From positions 2,905-66,904 of the forward strand of contig JAIXQE010000172.1 of assembly GCA_027485815.1 (NCBI GenBank): a stretch of DNA of 64,000 nucleotides, read 5' to 3'. Positions 38,369-47,987 of the stretch are shown here, one piece after another. Under the pieces are notes generated by a model. The model saw only the letters and a list, made by a program, of their open reading frames with translations. It was not told the DNA's origin and did not search any database. The stretch is from Opitutaceae bacterium (GTDB lineage: Bacteria > Verrucomicrobiota > Verrucomicrobiia > Opitutales > Opitutaceae). Positions within the stretch are counted from its first letter, which is position 1, and every line of letters starts with the position of its first letter. Made by a program: the position numbers and the translations under genes.

Positions 38369-40219
38369 TTAGCGGGAGATGTCCTCGAGCATCTCCTCGA
38401 GGGTGCGGTAGCGGGCGAGGAGGGTGCGCGCGGCGGCGCAGGCCGCCGGGGCGGCGAGGCCGGTTTCCTCGGCGAGGAAGATCAGGTAGGCCGCGACGTG
38501 GCGGGCGAAGAGGAGGCGGCCGGCCGGGCTGATCCGATAGAAGCGGGCGCGCTGGGCGTAGCCGGCGGGCGTGTGGTCGCCGAGGGCGGCCTTGTCCGCG
38601 CGGCCGCCGGCAGCGAGGACGAAGAGGAAATTGTACTCGAACCAGAACATGTCGTCCGGGCTCGGCGGCAGGGACTCGAGGGCGGCGCGGGTGACGGTGG
38701 GGTTCGCGAAGACCTCCGTGCCCCGGCCGGCGCGGGCCAGCGCCTCCGTGATGAAGACCCGCGCCATCCGCCGCTCGGTCTCGTCGGGGCTGAAGGCGCC
38801 GGTTAGGGCGAGTTCGAGGGTGAAGCGGTGCCAGTCGCGCCACAGCGCCTGGTCCTCCGGATCCGGGGAGGCGTGGAGGGCGCGGCCCATCTCGTAGGTG
38901 TAGCGGCCGCTGGTCTTGATCTCGAGGCGGCCGCCGGTGACTTCGCCCATCACGCGGTAGTTGCCCGCGGATTTGCCGGAGCCGGAATGGAACCCGATGC
39001 TGGCGCCGAACGCGCGGCAGACCGCCCATTGCCGCTCGATCAGCCCGCGCAGGGCCGCGTCGTCCGGGTAGGGCATGTTCTTCTGGAAACCGAAGGCCGG
39101 CGCCACGAAGTGGATCCGCATCCCGAGGGCCTCGCAGAGGGCGAGCATCACCGCCGTCGTCTCCGGCGTGGTGAGGCCGGGCAGTTCGTCGATGGAGAGC
39201 TCGCGCAGGTACTCGCGGCCGGCGGCCGTGGTGAAGAGCCGAGCCCGGGCGGCGGCGTACTTCTCGTCGCGGCGCTTCATCTTGCGCAGGGAGGGCCAGA
39301 CGGTGGCAAGGAGGCGGTGGAAGGCGGCATCCTCGAGCGGCAGGCCGGCCGCGGCGACCCGCGCGCGCACGGTGGCGACGAGTTCCGCGGGAACCTCGGC
39401 CGCGACCCACGCGGCGGGATCGGCGGGGACGGGCGTGACGGCCAGCTCGGGCGAGAGGTCGAAGGTGATGTAGCTGGCGAGCACGCAGCCGGCCACGAGG
39501 GCATCCTCGCGGTCGTCGAACTTGCCCCCGATCGGCTGGTGGTCCGCGTTGAAGCTCCACGCGAGGCGGCGGCGGTGGAAGCCGGTCTTCAGCTTCGCCA
39601 GGACGCAGCCGTGGCTCATCCCCTCGACGCTCTGGCCCTGGTGGCCCTCGGGGACCTGCGTGCCGATGAAGGGAAACGGCACGCGGTCGAGCCGCCCGGC
39701 GAGCATCACGTCCACATCGTACACCAGCTCGCGCGGGATGGAGTTCTGATTGGCGGTGACGCCGAGGCCGAGGGCGCTCATCGCCCAGTCGACCGCGGGC
39801 CAATGCAGCGTGGTGAAGCGCGCGCCGACCCCGAGCGTGCTGCGGCCGAGCGAGCCGGGGGCGGAGGGGAAAAGGGTGGAGGCGGGGTCGTGTTCCTGGA
39901 CGCGGTTCTTGAGCCGGAGGAGGTTGGCGAAGGTGGCGGGGAAGGCGCGGTCGCCGCCGGGGAGGGAGATCCCGTCCTCCAGGCCGCCATCGCCGCCGTT
40001 CCCGGCGAGCCGCCAGGCGCAGTCGCCGTGCTCGTCCTCGAGGAGGGTCCAGGCGCCGTCGGCGGTGGTGAAGCGGCTCTTGGGGTATTCGCGCAGCGCC
40101 GCTCCGGCGGCGAGCCGCGCGCGGAGGCCGGGCCAGTCGAGGCAGAAGTCCGGACTGACGCAGGGGTTGGTCGCGATCCGGAGGTCGTGCGCGAGGAGGA
40201 AGCGGTTGATGGCGGACAT
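38369..40219 (-). CDS. putative tagaturonate/fructuronate epimerase (UxaE)-like protein with extra N-terminal region
   Basis: Blocks resemble UxaE: LGVGARFTTLHWP, SFNADHQP, ELSIDELPGLTTPE, FVAPAFGFQKNMPY, IGFHSGSGKS and LEIKTSGRYTYEM. It lies directly upstream of uxaC. The assignment is from memory of the family, not from a search. Confidence 0.5.
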   Translation of the reverse strand: MSAINRFLLAHDLRIATNPCVSPDFCLDWPGLRARLAAGAALREYPKSRFTTADGAWTLLEDEHGDCAWRLAGNGGDGGLEDGISLPGGDRAFPATFANLLRLKNRVQEHDPASTLFPSAPGSLGRSTLGVGARFTTLHWPAVDWAMSALGLGVTANQNSIPRELVYDVDVMLAGRLDRVPFPFIGTQVPEGHQGQSVEGMSHGCVLAKLKTGFHRRRLAWSFNADHQPIGGKFDDREDALVAGCVLASYITFDLSPELAVTPVPADPAAWVAAEVPAELVATVRARVAAAGLPLEDAAFHRLLATVWPSLRKMKRRDEKYAAARARLFTTAAGREYLRELSIDELPGLTTPETTAVMLALCEALGMRIHFVAPAFGFQKNMPYPDDAALRGLIERQWAVCRAFGASIGFHSGSGKSAGNYRVMGEVTGGRLEIKTSGRYTYEMGRALHASPDPEDQALWRDWHRFTLELALTGAFSPDETERRMARVFITEALARAGRGTEVFANPTVTRAALESLPPSPDDMFWFEYNFLFVLAAGGRADKAALGDHTPAGYAQRARFYRISPAGRLLFARHVAAYLIFLAEETGLAAPAACAAARTLLARYRTLEEMLEDISR

Positions 40220-40377
40220 GCGCGGGAGCGCCGGAGTCGCGCACAATCGCCCGGGGCTGACAAGGCTGCGCTGGGCCGATCCGCACCGGACGGTCGGAGC
40301 GGCGGCCGCGGCGCGGGCGACACGCTTTTGGAGGTTGCCCGCGCGCCCGGGGCGGGTGTGCTCGGCGGTTTTTCCCG

Positions 40378-42747
40378 ATGTCCGCCACCCCGGCCCCCGC
40401 CGTCCCCGCCTCCGTTCCCAATCCGGACCACGTGCTCCGGCTCGCCGCCGAGCTGAACGTGAAGGTCTTCCAGGTCGCGGCGACCGCGCAGCTGCTGGCG
40501 GAGGGCGCCACCGTGCCGTTCATCGCCCGCTACCGGAAGGAGGCGACCGGCGAGCTCGACGAGGTGCAGGTGCTCGCGGTGCGCGACCGGCTGGAGCAGT
40601 GGCGGGCCGTCGACGAGCGCCGCGCCGCGATCCTCGCCTCCCTGCGCGAGCGCGGGCTCGCCACGCCGGCGCTGGAGCAGGCGCTGGCGGCGGCGGACAC
40701 CCTCGCCGCCCTCGAGGACCTTTACCTGCCGTTCCGCCCGAAGCGCCGCACCCGCGCCACGATCGCGCGCGAGAAGGGCCTCGAGCCGCTGGCGGAACTG
40801 CTCCTCGCGCAGGATCCGGCCACCGATCCCGCCGCGGCCGCCGCCCCGTACGCGGGCCGCGAATACACCCCGGACGACGGCAAGAACCAGCCGGCCCGCA
40901 TCGCCTCCGCCGAGGAGGCCCTCGCCGGCGCCCGCGACATCCTCGCGGAACGGGCCGCGGACGACCAGACGGCCCGCGCGCGCGTCCGCGGCCTGTTCCA
41001 GAAGGACGCCGTCATCTCCACCAAGGTCGTGCCCGGCAAGGACACCGACCCCGAGGCCGCCAAGTTCAAGGACTACTTCGAGTGGAGCGAGCCCCTGGTC
41101 AAGGCGCCCTCCCACCGCGTCCTCGCGATGCGCCGCGGCGAGAAGGAGCTGTGCCTGATGCTGCGCGTGCAGCTGCCCGACGAGAACGCGGCCTTCGCGG
41201 CTGTCCAGGGCCTGTTCGTCCGCGGGCGCACCTCCGGCGGGACGACCCCGGCCACCTGCGCGGACCACGTGGCGCTGGCGGTCCAGGACGCGAGCCGGCG
41301 GCTGCTCGCGCCGGCGATGGAGACCGAGATGCGCCTCGATTCAAAGAAGCGGGCGGACGAGGCGGCGATCCGCGTCTTCACCGACAACCTGCGCGAGCTG
41401 CTGCTGGCGGCCCCGCTGGGCCAGAAGGCGGTGCTGGCGATCGACCCGGGCTTCCGCACCGGCTGCAAGACGGTGCTCCTCGACCGGCAGGGCAAGCTGC
41501 TGCACCACGACGTGGTCTACCCGGACCGCCACGCCGCGGAGGCGAAGGAGAAGCTGCTCGGCTTCGTGAAATTCTTCCAGGTCGAGGCCATCGCCATCGG
41601 CAACGGCACCGCGGGCCGCGAGACGGAGGCCTTCGTGCGCGCGCTGGGCCTGCCGGCCACGATCCCGGTCGTGATGGTCAACGAATCCGGCGCGTCGATC
41701 TACTCCGCCAGCGAGGTGGCCCGGGAGGAGTTTCCCGACCACGACCTGACCGTGCGCGGCGCGGTCTCGATCGGCCGCCGGCTGATGGATCCCCTCGCGG
41801 AACTGGTGAAGCTCGACCCGAAGTCGATCGGCGTCGGCCAGTACCAGCACGACGTGGACCAGGCGGCGCTGCGCCGTTCGCTCGACGACACGGTGGTCAG
41901 CGCGGTGAACGGGGTCGGCGTCGAGCTGAACACGGCCTCGAAGCAGCTGCTGCGGCACGTCTCCGGGCTGAACGAGGCGACAGCGGCCGCGATCGTCGCC
42001 CGCCGCGACGCGCAGGGTCCGTTCCGTTCGCGGACGGAGCTGCGTGAGGTGCCGCGGCTGGGACCGAAGGCCTTCGAGCAGGCGGCCGGCTTCCTCCGCC
42101 TGCGCGACGGCGCGCATCCCCTCGACGCCAGCGCGGTCCACCCCGAGCGCTACCCGCTGGTCGAGCGGATGGCCGCGGACCTCGGCGCCACCGTCGCGGA
42201 CCTGCTGCGCGACGCGCAGCTGCGCGCCCGCATCCAGCCCGAGCGGTACGTCACCGCCGAGGTCGGGCTGCCGACGCTCAAGGACATCCTCGCGGAGCTC
42301 GCGAAGCCGGGCCGCGACCCGCGGCGGCAGTTCGAGGCCTTCAGCTTCACCGAGGGCGTCAACCGGCCCGAGGACCTGCGTCCGGGGATGAAGCTGCCGG
42401 GGATCGTGACCAACGTCACCGCCTTCGGGGCGTTCGTGGACATCGGCGTCCACCAGGACGGTCTGGTGCACGTGAGCCAGCTGGCGGATACGTTCGTGCA
42501 GGACCCGTCGACCGTGGTCCGTCCGCAGCAGCGGGTGCGGGTGACGGTGACGGAGGTCGACCTGGCGCGCGGGCGGATCGCGCTCTCGCTCCGAAGCAAT
42601 CCCGTGATCGGGCCCAAGTCCGCCGCGCCGGGCGCCGGCCCGCGCAGCCCGGGTGGTCCCGGCCGGTCCGCGCCCGCCGCGGCGCCGAAGCCGCCCCCCG
42701 CGGTGAACAACGATTGGTTCAGCGCCGCGCTGAACAAGAAGCGCTGA
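40378..42747 (+). CDS. tex: transcription accessory protein Tex (YqgF/RuvC-like, HhH, S1 domains)
   Basis: QLLAEGATVPFIARYRKEATGELDEVQV, AIDPGFRTGCK, IAIGNGTAGRET, GVGQYQHDV and the C-terminal S1 domain GMKLPGIVTNVTAFGAFVDIGVHQDGLVHVSQL. Confidence 0.95.
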   Translation: MSATPAPAVPASVPNPDHVLRLAAELNVKVFQVAATAQLLAEGATVPFIARYRKEATGELDEVQVLAVRDRLEQWRAVDERRAAILASLRERGLATPALEQALAAADTLAALEDLYLPFRPKRRTRATIAREKGLEPLAELLLAQDPATDPAAAAAPYAGREYTPDDGKNQPARIASAEEALAGARDILAERAADDQTARARVRGLFQKDAVISTKVVPGKDTDPEAAKFKDYFEWSEPLVKAPSHRVLAMRRGEKELCLMLRVQLPDENAAFAAVQGLFVRGRTSGGTTPATCADHVALAVQDASRRLLAPAMETEMRLDSKKRADEAAIRVFTDNLRELLLAAPLGQKAVLAIDPGFRTGCKTVLLDRQGKLLHHDVVYPDRHAAEAKEKLLGFVKFFQVEAIAIGNGTAGRETEAFVRALGLPATIPVVMVNESGASIYSASEVAREEFPDHDLTVRGAVSIGRRLMDPLAELVKLDPKSIGVGQYQHDVDQAALRRSLDDTVVSAVNGVGVELNTASKQLLRHVSGLNEATAAAIVARRDAQGPFRSRTELREVPRLGPKAFEQAAGFLRLRDGAHPLDASAVHPERYPLVERMAADLGATVADLLRDAQLRARIQPERYVTAEVGLPTLKDILAELAKPGRDPRRQFEAFSFTEGVNRPEDLRPGMKLPGIVTNVTAFGAFVDIGVHQDGLVHVSQLADTFVQDPSTVVRPQQRVRVTVTEVDLARGRIALSLRSNPVIGPKSAAPGAGPRSPGGPGRSAPAAAPKPPPAVNNDWFSAALNKKR

Positions 42748-42788
42748 GCGGGGGATTACGTCGGCCCGAGTGGCCGCGCCCGATGTGG

Positions 42789-42806
42789 CCGCGGCAGTTG
42801 CCGCGG
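42789..42806. repeat. variant palindrome CCGCGGCAGTTGCCGCGG
   Basis: The arms are 8 bp, CCGCGGCA/TGCCGCGG. It has the same outer CCGCGG arms as the 23-bp element 72 bp downstream. Confidence 0.7.
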
Positions 42807-42877
42807 ATGCAGACCATCGCACGAGTCCGGCCGCAGGCCCTTGCCCCGAAAACGACCCAGCATCCCGATCCGCCAAT

Positions 42878-42895
42878 CCGCGGCTGCAGCCGCGG
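42878..42895. repeat. palindrome CCGCGGCTGCAGCCGCGG, copy 3 of 3
   Basis: Read directly. The shared 23-mer spans 42877..42899, in a convergent spacer between tex and the lipoprotein gene. Confidence 0.8.
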
Positions 42896-42910
42896 CCACA
42901 CCAAAACGAC

Positions 42911-43507
42911 TCAGGGCCGCGCCGGCTCCCAGCGGCCCCACACGGTCGAGGCGCCGACGGCGGGCACGAACAGCACGACGCCCGCCGCCGTCCCGTGGGC
43001 CCGCACATAGAGGGCCCCATCAGCGCCAAGGCCGACGCGCAGCGACAGCGAAGTGGCGACGGGGCCGAACTTCTGGTTTTCCTTGGCTGGGACGTCGCTG
43101 AGCTCCAGCCACCCGGTCTGCGGATCGATCCGGCCGTTGAGGCGAAGTTCGGCCGCGACCTGGCCCGCGCGCCAAGCCCGGGCGGTGAACGCGCCGTCGC
43201 CCGCCGTGGTGAGCTCGATCACGTCGGCGGGCGCGGAGCGGCGTAGCTGGCCGCGAAAGAACATCTCCTCCAGCCGCACCTTGGTGGGTTTCTCCTCCCC
43301 CGCCACGAGCTGACCTTCCGAGGCAAAGCGGCCCTGGGGCAGGCGCCAGGCGATACCCGTCACCTCCGTCCGCCACGCGGCCGGCAGGTCCTCCTCGCCC
43401 GTGTAACGGAAGCGCACGCAGCCGCCCGCGAGAAAGACAAGGAGCAGCAGCAGGGGGAGCGCGGCCCGATAAATCCAAGCCCGGCGACGGAGCGAGGCGG
43501 GAATCAT
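42911..43507 (-). CDS. hypothetical lipoprotein
   Basis: The signal peptide has a lipobox, LLLLLVFLAGGC. The ATG overlaps the upstream stop (ATGA at 43504..43507). I recognise no family motif. Confidence 0.55.
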   Translation of the reverse strand: MIPASLRRRAWIYRAALPLLLLLVFLAGGCVRFRYTGEEDLPAAWRTEVTGIAWRLPQGRFASEGQLVAGEEKPTKVRLEEMFFRGQLRRSAPADVIELTTAGDGAFTARAWRAGQVAAELRLNGRIDPQTGWLELSDVPAKENQKFGPVATSLSLRVGLGADGALYVRAHGTAAGVVLFVPAVGASTVWGRWEPARP

Positions 43508-46500
43508 TCGACGATGAGGATCCCCCGCATCATCCGCCAGTGTCCGGGGAAGGTGCAGAGGTAGGGGTAGCGGCCGGGGACGGCAGGGGCGGTGAAGGCG
43601 AGTTCCGCGCGCTGCCCCGGCTCGACCAGCGGGGTGGCGTGCAGGATGCGGGGGGTCGCCGGCACGTAATGCCGGGCCAGCGCGCCCGGCTCGGCCGCCA
43701 TCGCGTCGGCCAGCGCGCCGACCTCCTCGGCGGCGTCCGGGGCGGTGAGGAGGAGGTTGTGCGGCATCAGGTCGGGATTCTCGAAGACCAGCCGGACCGG
43801 TTGCCCGGCGCGCACCCGGAGTTCCGTCGGCGCGAACTGCATCTGGTTCGGTACCGCCTGCACCCGGAGCACGCCCTCCCCCACCCCCTGCGCGGCGTCC
43901 CAGCGTTGGGCCCAGCCCGCGAGCGTCGCCGCGTCGGGAGCCAGCCGCGCCCCCGGGACCGGGCGGCCGGTCGGATCGTAAAGGAAAACCGGCGGCGGCG
44001 CCGCCCGGAGCCGGCGGTAGGTGATCTCAACCTGGTTGAGGCCCGCGCGCAGCGGGAACTCGGCCTGCTGGTCGGCGCTGTACTGGCTGTCGGCCGAATG
44101 CACCTGCACCCCGTTGGCCGAGATCTCCAGAAACGCGTGGCGCACGCCGAGCACCGCCGGCTGGGCCTCCGCCACCTCGACGAACGTGCGGAAGGTGCGC
44201 GTCATCAGCGTGCTCGTCTTCGCCTTTTTCCGGGCGTCGCCCGTCGCCGGCGGCGGCTCCTCGGTCGGGCGCGCCGCGCCGACCTCCTGCCAGTGACCGA
44301 CCCGGGTTTCGGGCGCGACCTCCAGCACCGGCACGGCGCGGCCGATCCGCGGCGCGGTCCCGGCCTTGAGATCCTCCCGCATCCGCGCGACCGCGGGTTC
44401 CGCGGCGGGCATCCGGGCAAGGGCGGCCTCGAGCGCGGGCCGCGCCGCGCGCAGGTGGGCGACCGCGTTGACCGCGGCCATCCGCACGCGGGGATGCGGG
44501 TCGGCGGCCGCGAGGCCGAGGCGCGCGGCCGCATCCGGCAGGCGTTCCACCCCGAAGCGCACCAGCGCGGGCACCGCCGCGCGCACCAGCGGATCCGGCG
44601 AACGGGCGAGCGCGTCGAGCCACGCGGGCCGGACCTCGCCGAGGGCGAGCAACACCCAGCAGGCCTCAAGGCGCACCCGGTCGCTCGCGCCGCCCGGGTG
44701 CGCGACCTGCTCCACCGCCGGCACCGCGGCCACGCCGAGCTTCCGGAGCCCGATGCGCGCGTGGTGGCGGACGAGATCCTGCGGATGGTCGAGCAGCGCC
44801 GCGAGTTGCCCGGCATCCGCGCCCTCGATCCGCGGCCAGTCCCGCACCACCGGCCGGCCCCGGTGGACGACGCGCCAGATGCGCCCGCGCTCGTGATTCC
44901 ACTGCGGGTCGCGCATCGCGTGCTGCGCGTGGCCGATGATCAGGCTCGAGAAATCCGAGACGTAGAGCGCCCCGTCGAGGCCGAACTCCACGTCCACCGG
45001 CCGGAAGGTGCTGTTCTTCGAGGTGAGGACGTCGACGCGCGAGGTCGCCGTGAGCGGGCCGTCGTCCGCCCGCACCGCCGACAGCGAGACCTGGTAGCTG
45101 CCGAGCAAGGCCGCGGTGGCGACGCCCGGCTGGAGTTCTGGCGGGAAGTTCGGGCTGGAGATCACGGCAAGCGCGGAGCCCTTGGCGTAGTTGAGCACCG
45201 TGCCGTGGCCGTACGGATGGTAGACCCCGAGCGGCGTCCACGTGAGCGGGAGGCCGTCGAGGAGGTGGCCACCGCCGTAGCGCTGCAGCGGCTGCCCCTG
45301 CGCGGTGAAGGCGATCTTCCACGGATTCGGGGTCTGGCTCTGCCACTCGGTGCCGACCCGGCCCGTGCGCGGATCGAGCCGGTAGGTCGTCGAGTCGATG
45401 CCGCGCACCACGCCGAAGGGCGTCTCGAACTGCGAACGGTGAAACACGCCGTCGCAGAACAGCAGGTGCCCGAGCGGGTCGCTGACCACCATCCCGCCGT
45501 GGTGCGAGTCGGTGACGTCGACCCCGCGGAGCAGTTCCGCCCGCGTGTCGGCGCGGCCGTCGCCGTCGGTGTCCTGGAGGACGAGGAGCCGCGGCTGGGC
45601 GGAGACGATCACGCCCCGCTCGTGGAAGGCGACGCCATCGAGCGCATCGAAGCCCTCCGCGAACACCGTGCAGGTGTCGGCCCGGCCGTCGCGATCGCGG
45701 TCCTCGAGGACGAGGATTTTGTCCGCCGGCCGCTCACCGGGGACGGTGTGCGGGAAGGAGGGCATCGTCACGACCCACAGGCGGCCGCGCGCGTCGAAGC
45801 TCAGCTGGACGGGGTTGCGTAGCTCGGGGAACTGTTCCTCGGAGGCGAAGAGGTTGAGCGCGTAACCCTCGGCGACGACGATCTCGGACTGGAGGTCGCG
45901 CGGTGCGCGGACGGTGCCGCCGGGGAACCGGTAGGGCGTTTCCTTGCCGGGGCCGAGCGGGGGCAGACTTTCGACTGCGCTCAAACCGGGGGGTTCGACT
46001 GCGCTCACCCCCTTCGGCCGGGCGACCAGCGCGTGGACGTTCGCCTCGGCCTGGCGGAGCAGTTCATGGTAACGGGGCAACTCGGCCGCGGCCTCCTCGG
46101 GGCGGCGGCGCACCCCGTAGTAGAGGGCCGCGTTCTTCGGCCGCACCAGTTCCGCGTTGTGGCTGTGCTTGCGGGCGGCGGCGCGGGCGACCTCCTCGAG
46201 GCGCGGGGGCTCGACGGGGCTGAGTCCGCCATGGCCCGCGAGCGCGGCGGCCACCTCAAGCCCGAGGACGCGGGTGCCCTCCGGGTTCAGGTTCACGCCG
46301 AGGTCGGTCAGCGGCCGCGGCGCGCGGGCGTACGCCGCGCGGCTGGCGGCGAAGAGGTCGATGAACCGCTCCCCGCGGGCGGCCGCGAGCTCGCGCACCA
46401 CCGCCGCGTAGGCCGCGACGTCGGCGTTGCGCGCGGCGCCGGCCGGGGCGGAACGCTCCTCGACGGCGGCGGGCGAGAGGAACACGAGGCGCGCGCCCGG

Positions 46501-46914
46501 ATGGCGCCGCGCCATTTCCCCCAGCAGGATCTCGTACTGCCGCCGGAAATCCGCGAGGCCGGCGGTGCCCGCGAAGGACTCGTTGAATCCGTAGCCCAGC
46601 ACGACGACGTCCGCCGGCCACGCCGCGAGCAGGCCCTTCAGGTGCTCGGCGTAGCCCTCGGGCCGCCGGCGATGGCCGACCTCATCGCCGGTCCACGCGA
46701 GGCTGCGGACCCGCAGGCCGAGCTCCGGGTAGGCCAGCTGCAGGCCGGCCTCGAGGAAACCTTCCTCGAGCAGCCGCTCCACCAGGCCCGCCCCGTAGAA
46801 CAGGTAGGTGCTGCCGGCGCGCGGGGCGGGTTCCGGGGCGGGCGCGGCCGCGCGGGACCCAGGGCATGCGGCCAGGAGGACGAGGAGCAGAACCAGGCGG
46901 GGACGGAGGGGCAT
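43504..46914 (-). CDS. mosaic secreted protein: SGNH/GDSL-like hydrolase + membrane-bound-dehydrogenase-type beta-propeller + HEAT repeats + C-terminal azurin-like cupredoxin
   Basis: SGNH-like region: VVVLGYGFNESFAG. Propeller region: LRNPVQLSFDARGRLWVVTMPSFPH and LEDRDRDGRADT / LQDTDGDGRADT. HEAT-like region: DPLVRAAVPALVRFG and HPRVRMAAVNAVAHL. Type-1 copper ligands: MPHN ... YLCTFPGHWRMM. I prefer ATG 46914 (MPLRPRLVLLLVLLAACPG) over the TTG at 46944. Confidence 0.8.
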   Translation of the reverse strand: MPLRPRLVLLLVLLAACPGSRAAAPAPEPAPRAGSTYLFYGAGLVERLLEEGFLEAGLQLAYPELGLRVRSLAWTGDEVGHRRRPEGYAEHLKGLLAAWPADVVVLGYGFNESFAGTAGLADFRRQYEILLGEMARRHPGARLVFLSPAAVEERSAPAGAARNADVAAYAAVVRELAAARGERFIDLFAASRAAYARAPRPLTDLGVNLNPEGTRVLGLEVAAALAGHGGLSPVEPPRLEEVARAAARKHSHNAELVRPKNAALYYGVRRRPEEAAAELPRYHELLRQAEANVHALVARPKGVSAVEPPGLSAVESLPPLGPGKETPYRFPGGTVRAPRDLQSEIVVAEGYALNLFASEEQFPELRNPVQLSFDARGRLWVVTMPSFPHTVPGERPADKILVLEDRDRDGRADTCTVFAEGFDALDGVAFHERGVIVSAQPRLLVLQDTDGDGRADTRAELLRGVDVTDSHHGGMVVSDPLGHLLFCDGVFHRSQFETPFGVVRGIDSTTYRLDPRTGRVGTEWQSQTPNPWKIAFTAQGQPLQRYGGGHLLDGLPLTWTPLGVYHPYGHGTVLNYAKGSALAVISSPNFPPELQPGVATAALLGSYQVSLSAVRADDGPLTATSRVDVLTSKNSTFRPVDVEFGLDGALYVSDFSSLIIGHAQHAMRDPQWNHERGRIWRVVHRGRPVVRDWPRIEGADAGQLAALLDHPQDLVRHHARIGLRKLGVAAVPAVEQVAHPGGASDRVRLEACWVLLALGEVRPAWLDALARSPDPLVRAAVPALVRFGVERLPDAAARLGLAAADPHPRVRMAAVNAVAHLRAARPALEAALARMPAAEPAVARMREDLKAGTAPRIGRAVPVLEVAPETRVGHWQEVGAARPTEEPPPATGDARKKAKTSTLMTRTFRTFVEVAEAQPAVLGVRHAFLEISANGVQVHSADSQYSADQQAEFPLRAGLNQVEITYRRLRAAPPPVFLYDPTGRPVPGARLAPDAATLAGWAQRWDAAQGVGEGVLRVQAVPNQMQFAPTELRVRAGQPVRLVFENPDLMPHNLLLTAPDAAEEVGALADAMAAEPGALARHYVPATPRILHATPLVEPGQRAELAFTAPAVPGRYPYLCTFPGHWRMMRGILIVE

Positions 46915-46940
46915 CGGGAGGGAAGGGAGCGGGACGCGGT

Positions 46941-47864
46941 TCAACCGGGGCGCGGCGGAGCGAGGTGGCGATCGAACCAGGCGCCGAATTGGAAGATGTC
47001 CCAGGGCATCGTGGTCCAGCCGTGCTTACCCCCGCGATGGACGGAGATCCGCACCGTCGCGCCCGCGCGGGCGGCGGCGGCCTGGAACCACTCCGATTGC
47101 TCGAGCGGCGTGAGCGTGTCGGCGTCCCCGTGGTGGATCAGCACGGGCGGCAGCGAGGCGGTGACGTGGTAGATCGGCGAGGTGTCGCGGCCGATCTCGC
47201 GCCAGCGGGCGGGGTCGCGGCCCTCCGGTCCAAACGCCCGCACGTAGCTGCGCGGGGGACCGCCATCACCGGGGTTCTCCGTGGAGCGGCCCAGATTGAG
47301 CAGGTCCGTGATCGGGAAGAAGATGGCAACGGCCTGCACGCGGCTGCTCTCGCGGTCGACCGGGTCGGGCGCCGCAGGGTCGCCGGGGCCGCCGCGCGTG
47401 GCGAGGAGGAGGCTGAGGTGGCCGCCCGCACTGCCGCCGGTGACGCCGAAGCGCGCGGGATCGACGCCGTGCTCGGCCGCGTGGTGGCGGAGGAAGCGCA
47501 CCGCGCGGTGGAGGTCGGCCGCGATCTCCATCACCGTCGCCCGGGGCTGGGAGACGTGGCAGACCGCGAACACGGTGTAACCGCGGCGCAGGAGCGGGGC
47601 GGCCATCCACGTGGCAAATTCGCCGGGGCGCTTGGAGCGCCACCCGCCGCTGACCACGACCACCACGGCGGCGCCGTTGGGGCGCGCGGGGCGGAGGCGG
47701 TCGAAGGTCAGCGCCTGGTCGCCGCGGTGGCCGTAGACCAGACCGTCGGTCCGCTCGATGGACGGGTGGAGGTAGACCCAGACCCCGGCCGCGACGACGC
47801 CCGCGAGCGCCAGCACGCCGCCAAGGGCGAGCAGGACGCGGCGGAGGAGGAGGCGCAGGTTCAT
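46941..47864 (-). CDS. alpha/beta hydrolase (esterase/lipase-like)
   Basis: ATG 47864 gives the TM/signal MNLRLLLRRVLLALGGVLALAGVV. Oxyanion region VVVVSGGW. Nucleophile elbow GVTGGSAGGHL. C-terminal HHGDAD. Confidence 0.8.
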   Translation of the reverse strand: MNLRLLLRRVLLALGGVLALAGVVAAGVWVYLHPSIERTDGLVYGHRGDQALTFDRLRPARPNGAAVVVVVSGGWRSKRPGEFATWMAAPLLRRGYTVFAVCHVSQPRATVMEIAADLHRAVRFLRHHAAEHGVDPARFGVTGGSAGGHLSLLLATRGGPGDPAAPDPVDRESSRVQAVAIFFPITDLLNLGRSTENPGDGGPPRSYVRAFGPEGRDPARWREIGRDTSPIYHVTASLPPVLIHHGDADTLTPLEQSEWFQAAAARAGATVRISVHRGGKHGWTTMPWDIFQFGAWFDRHLAPPRPG

Positions 47865-47987
47865 CGCGGAGGGGATCCAATGGGGGCAGGCCGGATCGGC
47901 GACTGCAACGCGGGGCCGGCCCGGGGGCAATCCGAACCCGGCGGCGGGACGCTTGACGCGGGCGCGCAGCCCGGGAGCTTCGCCGGT

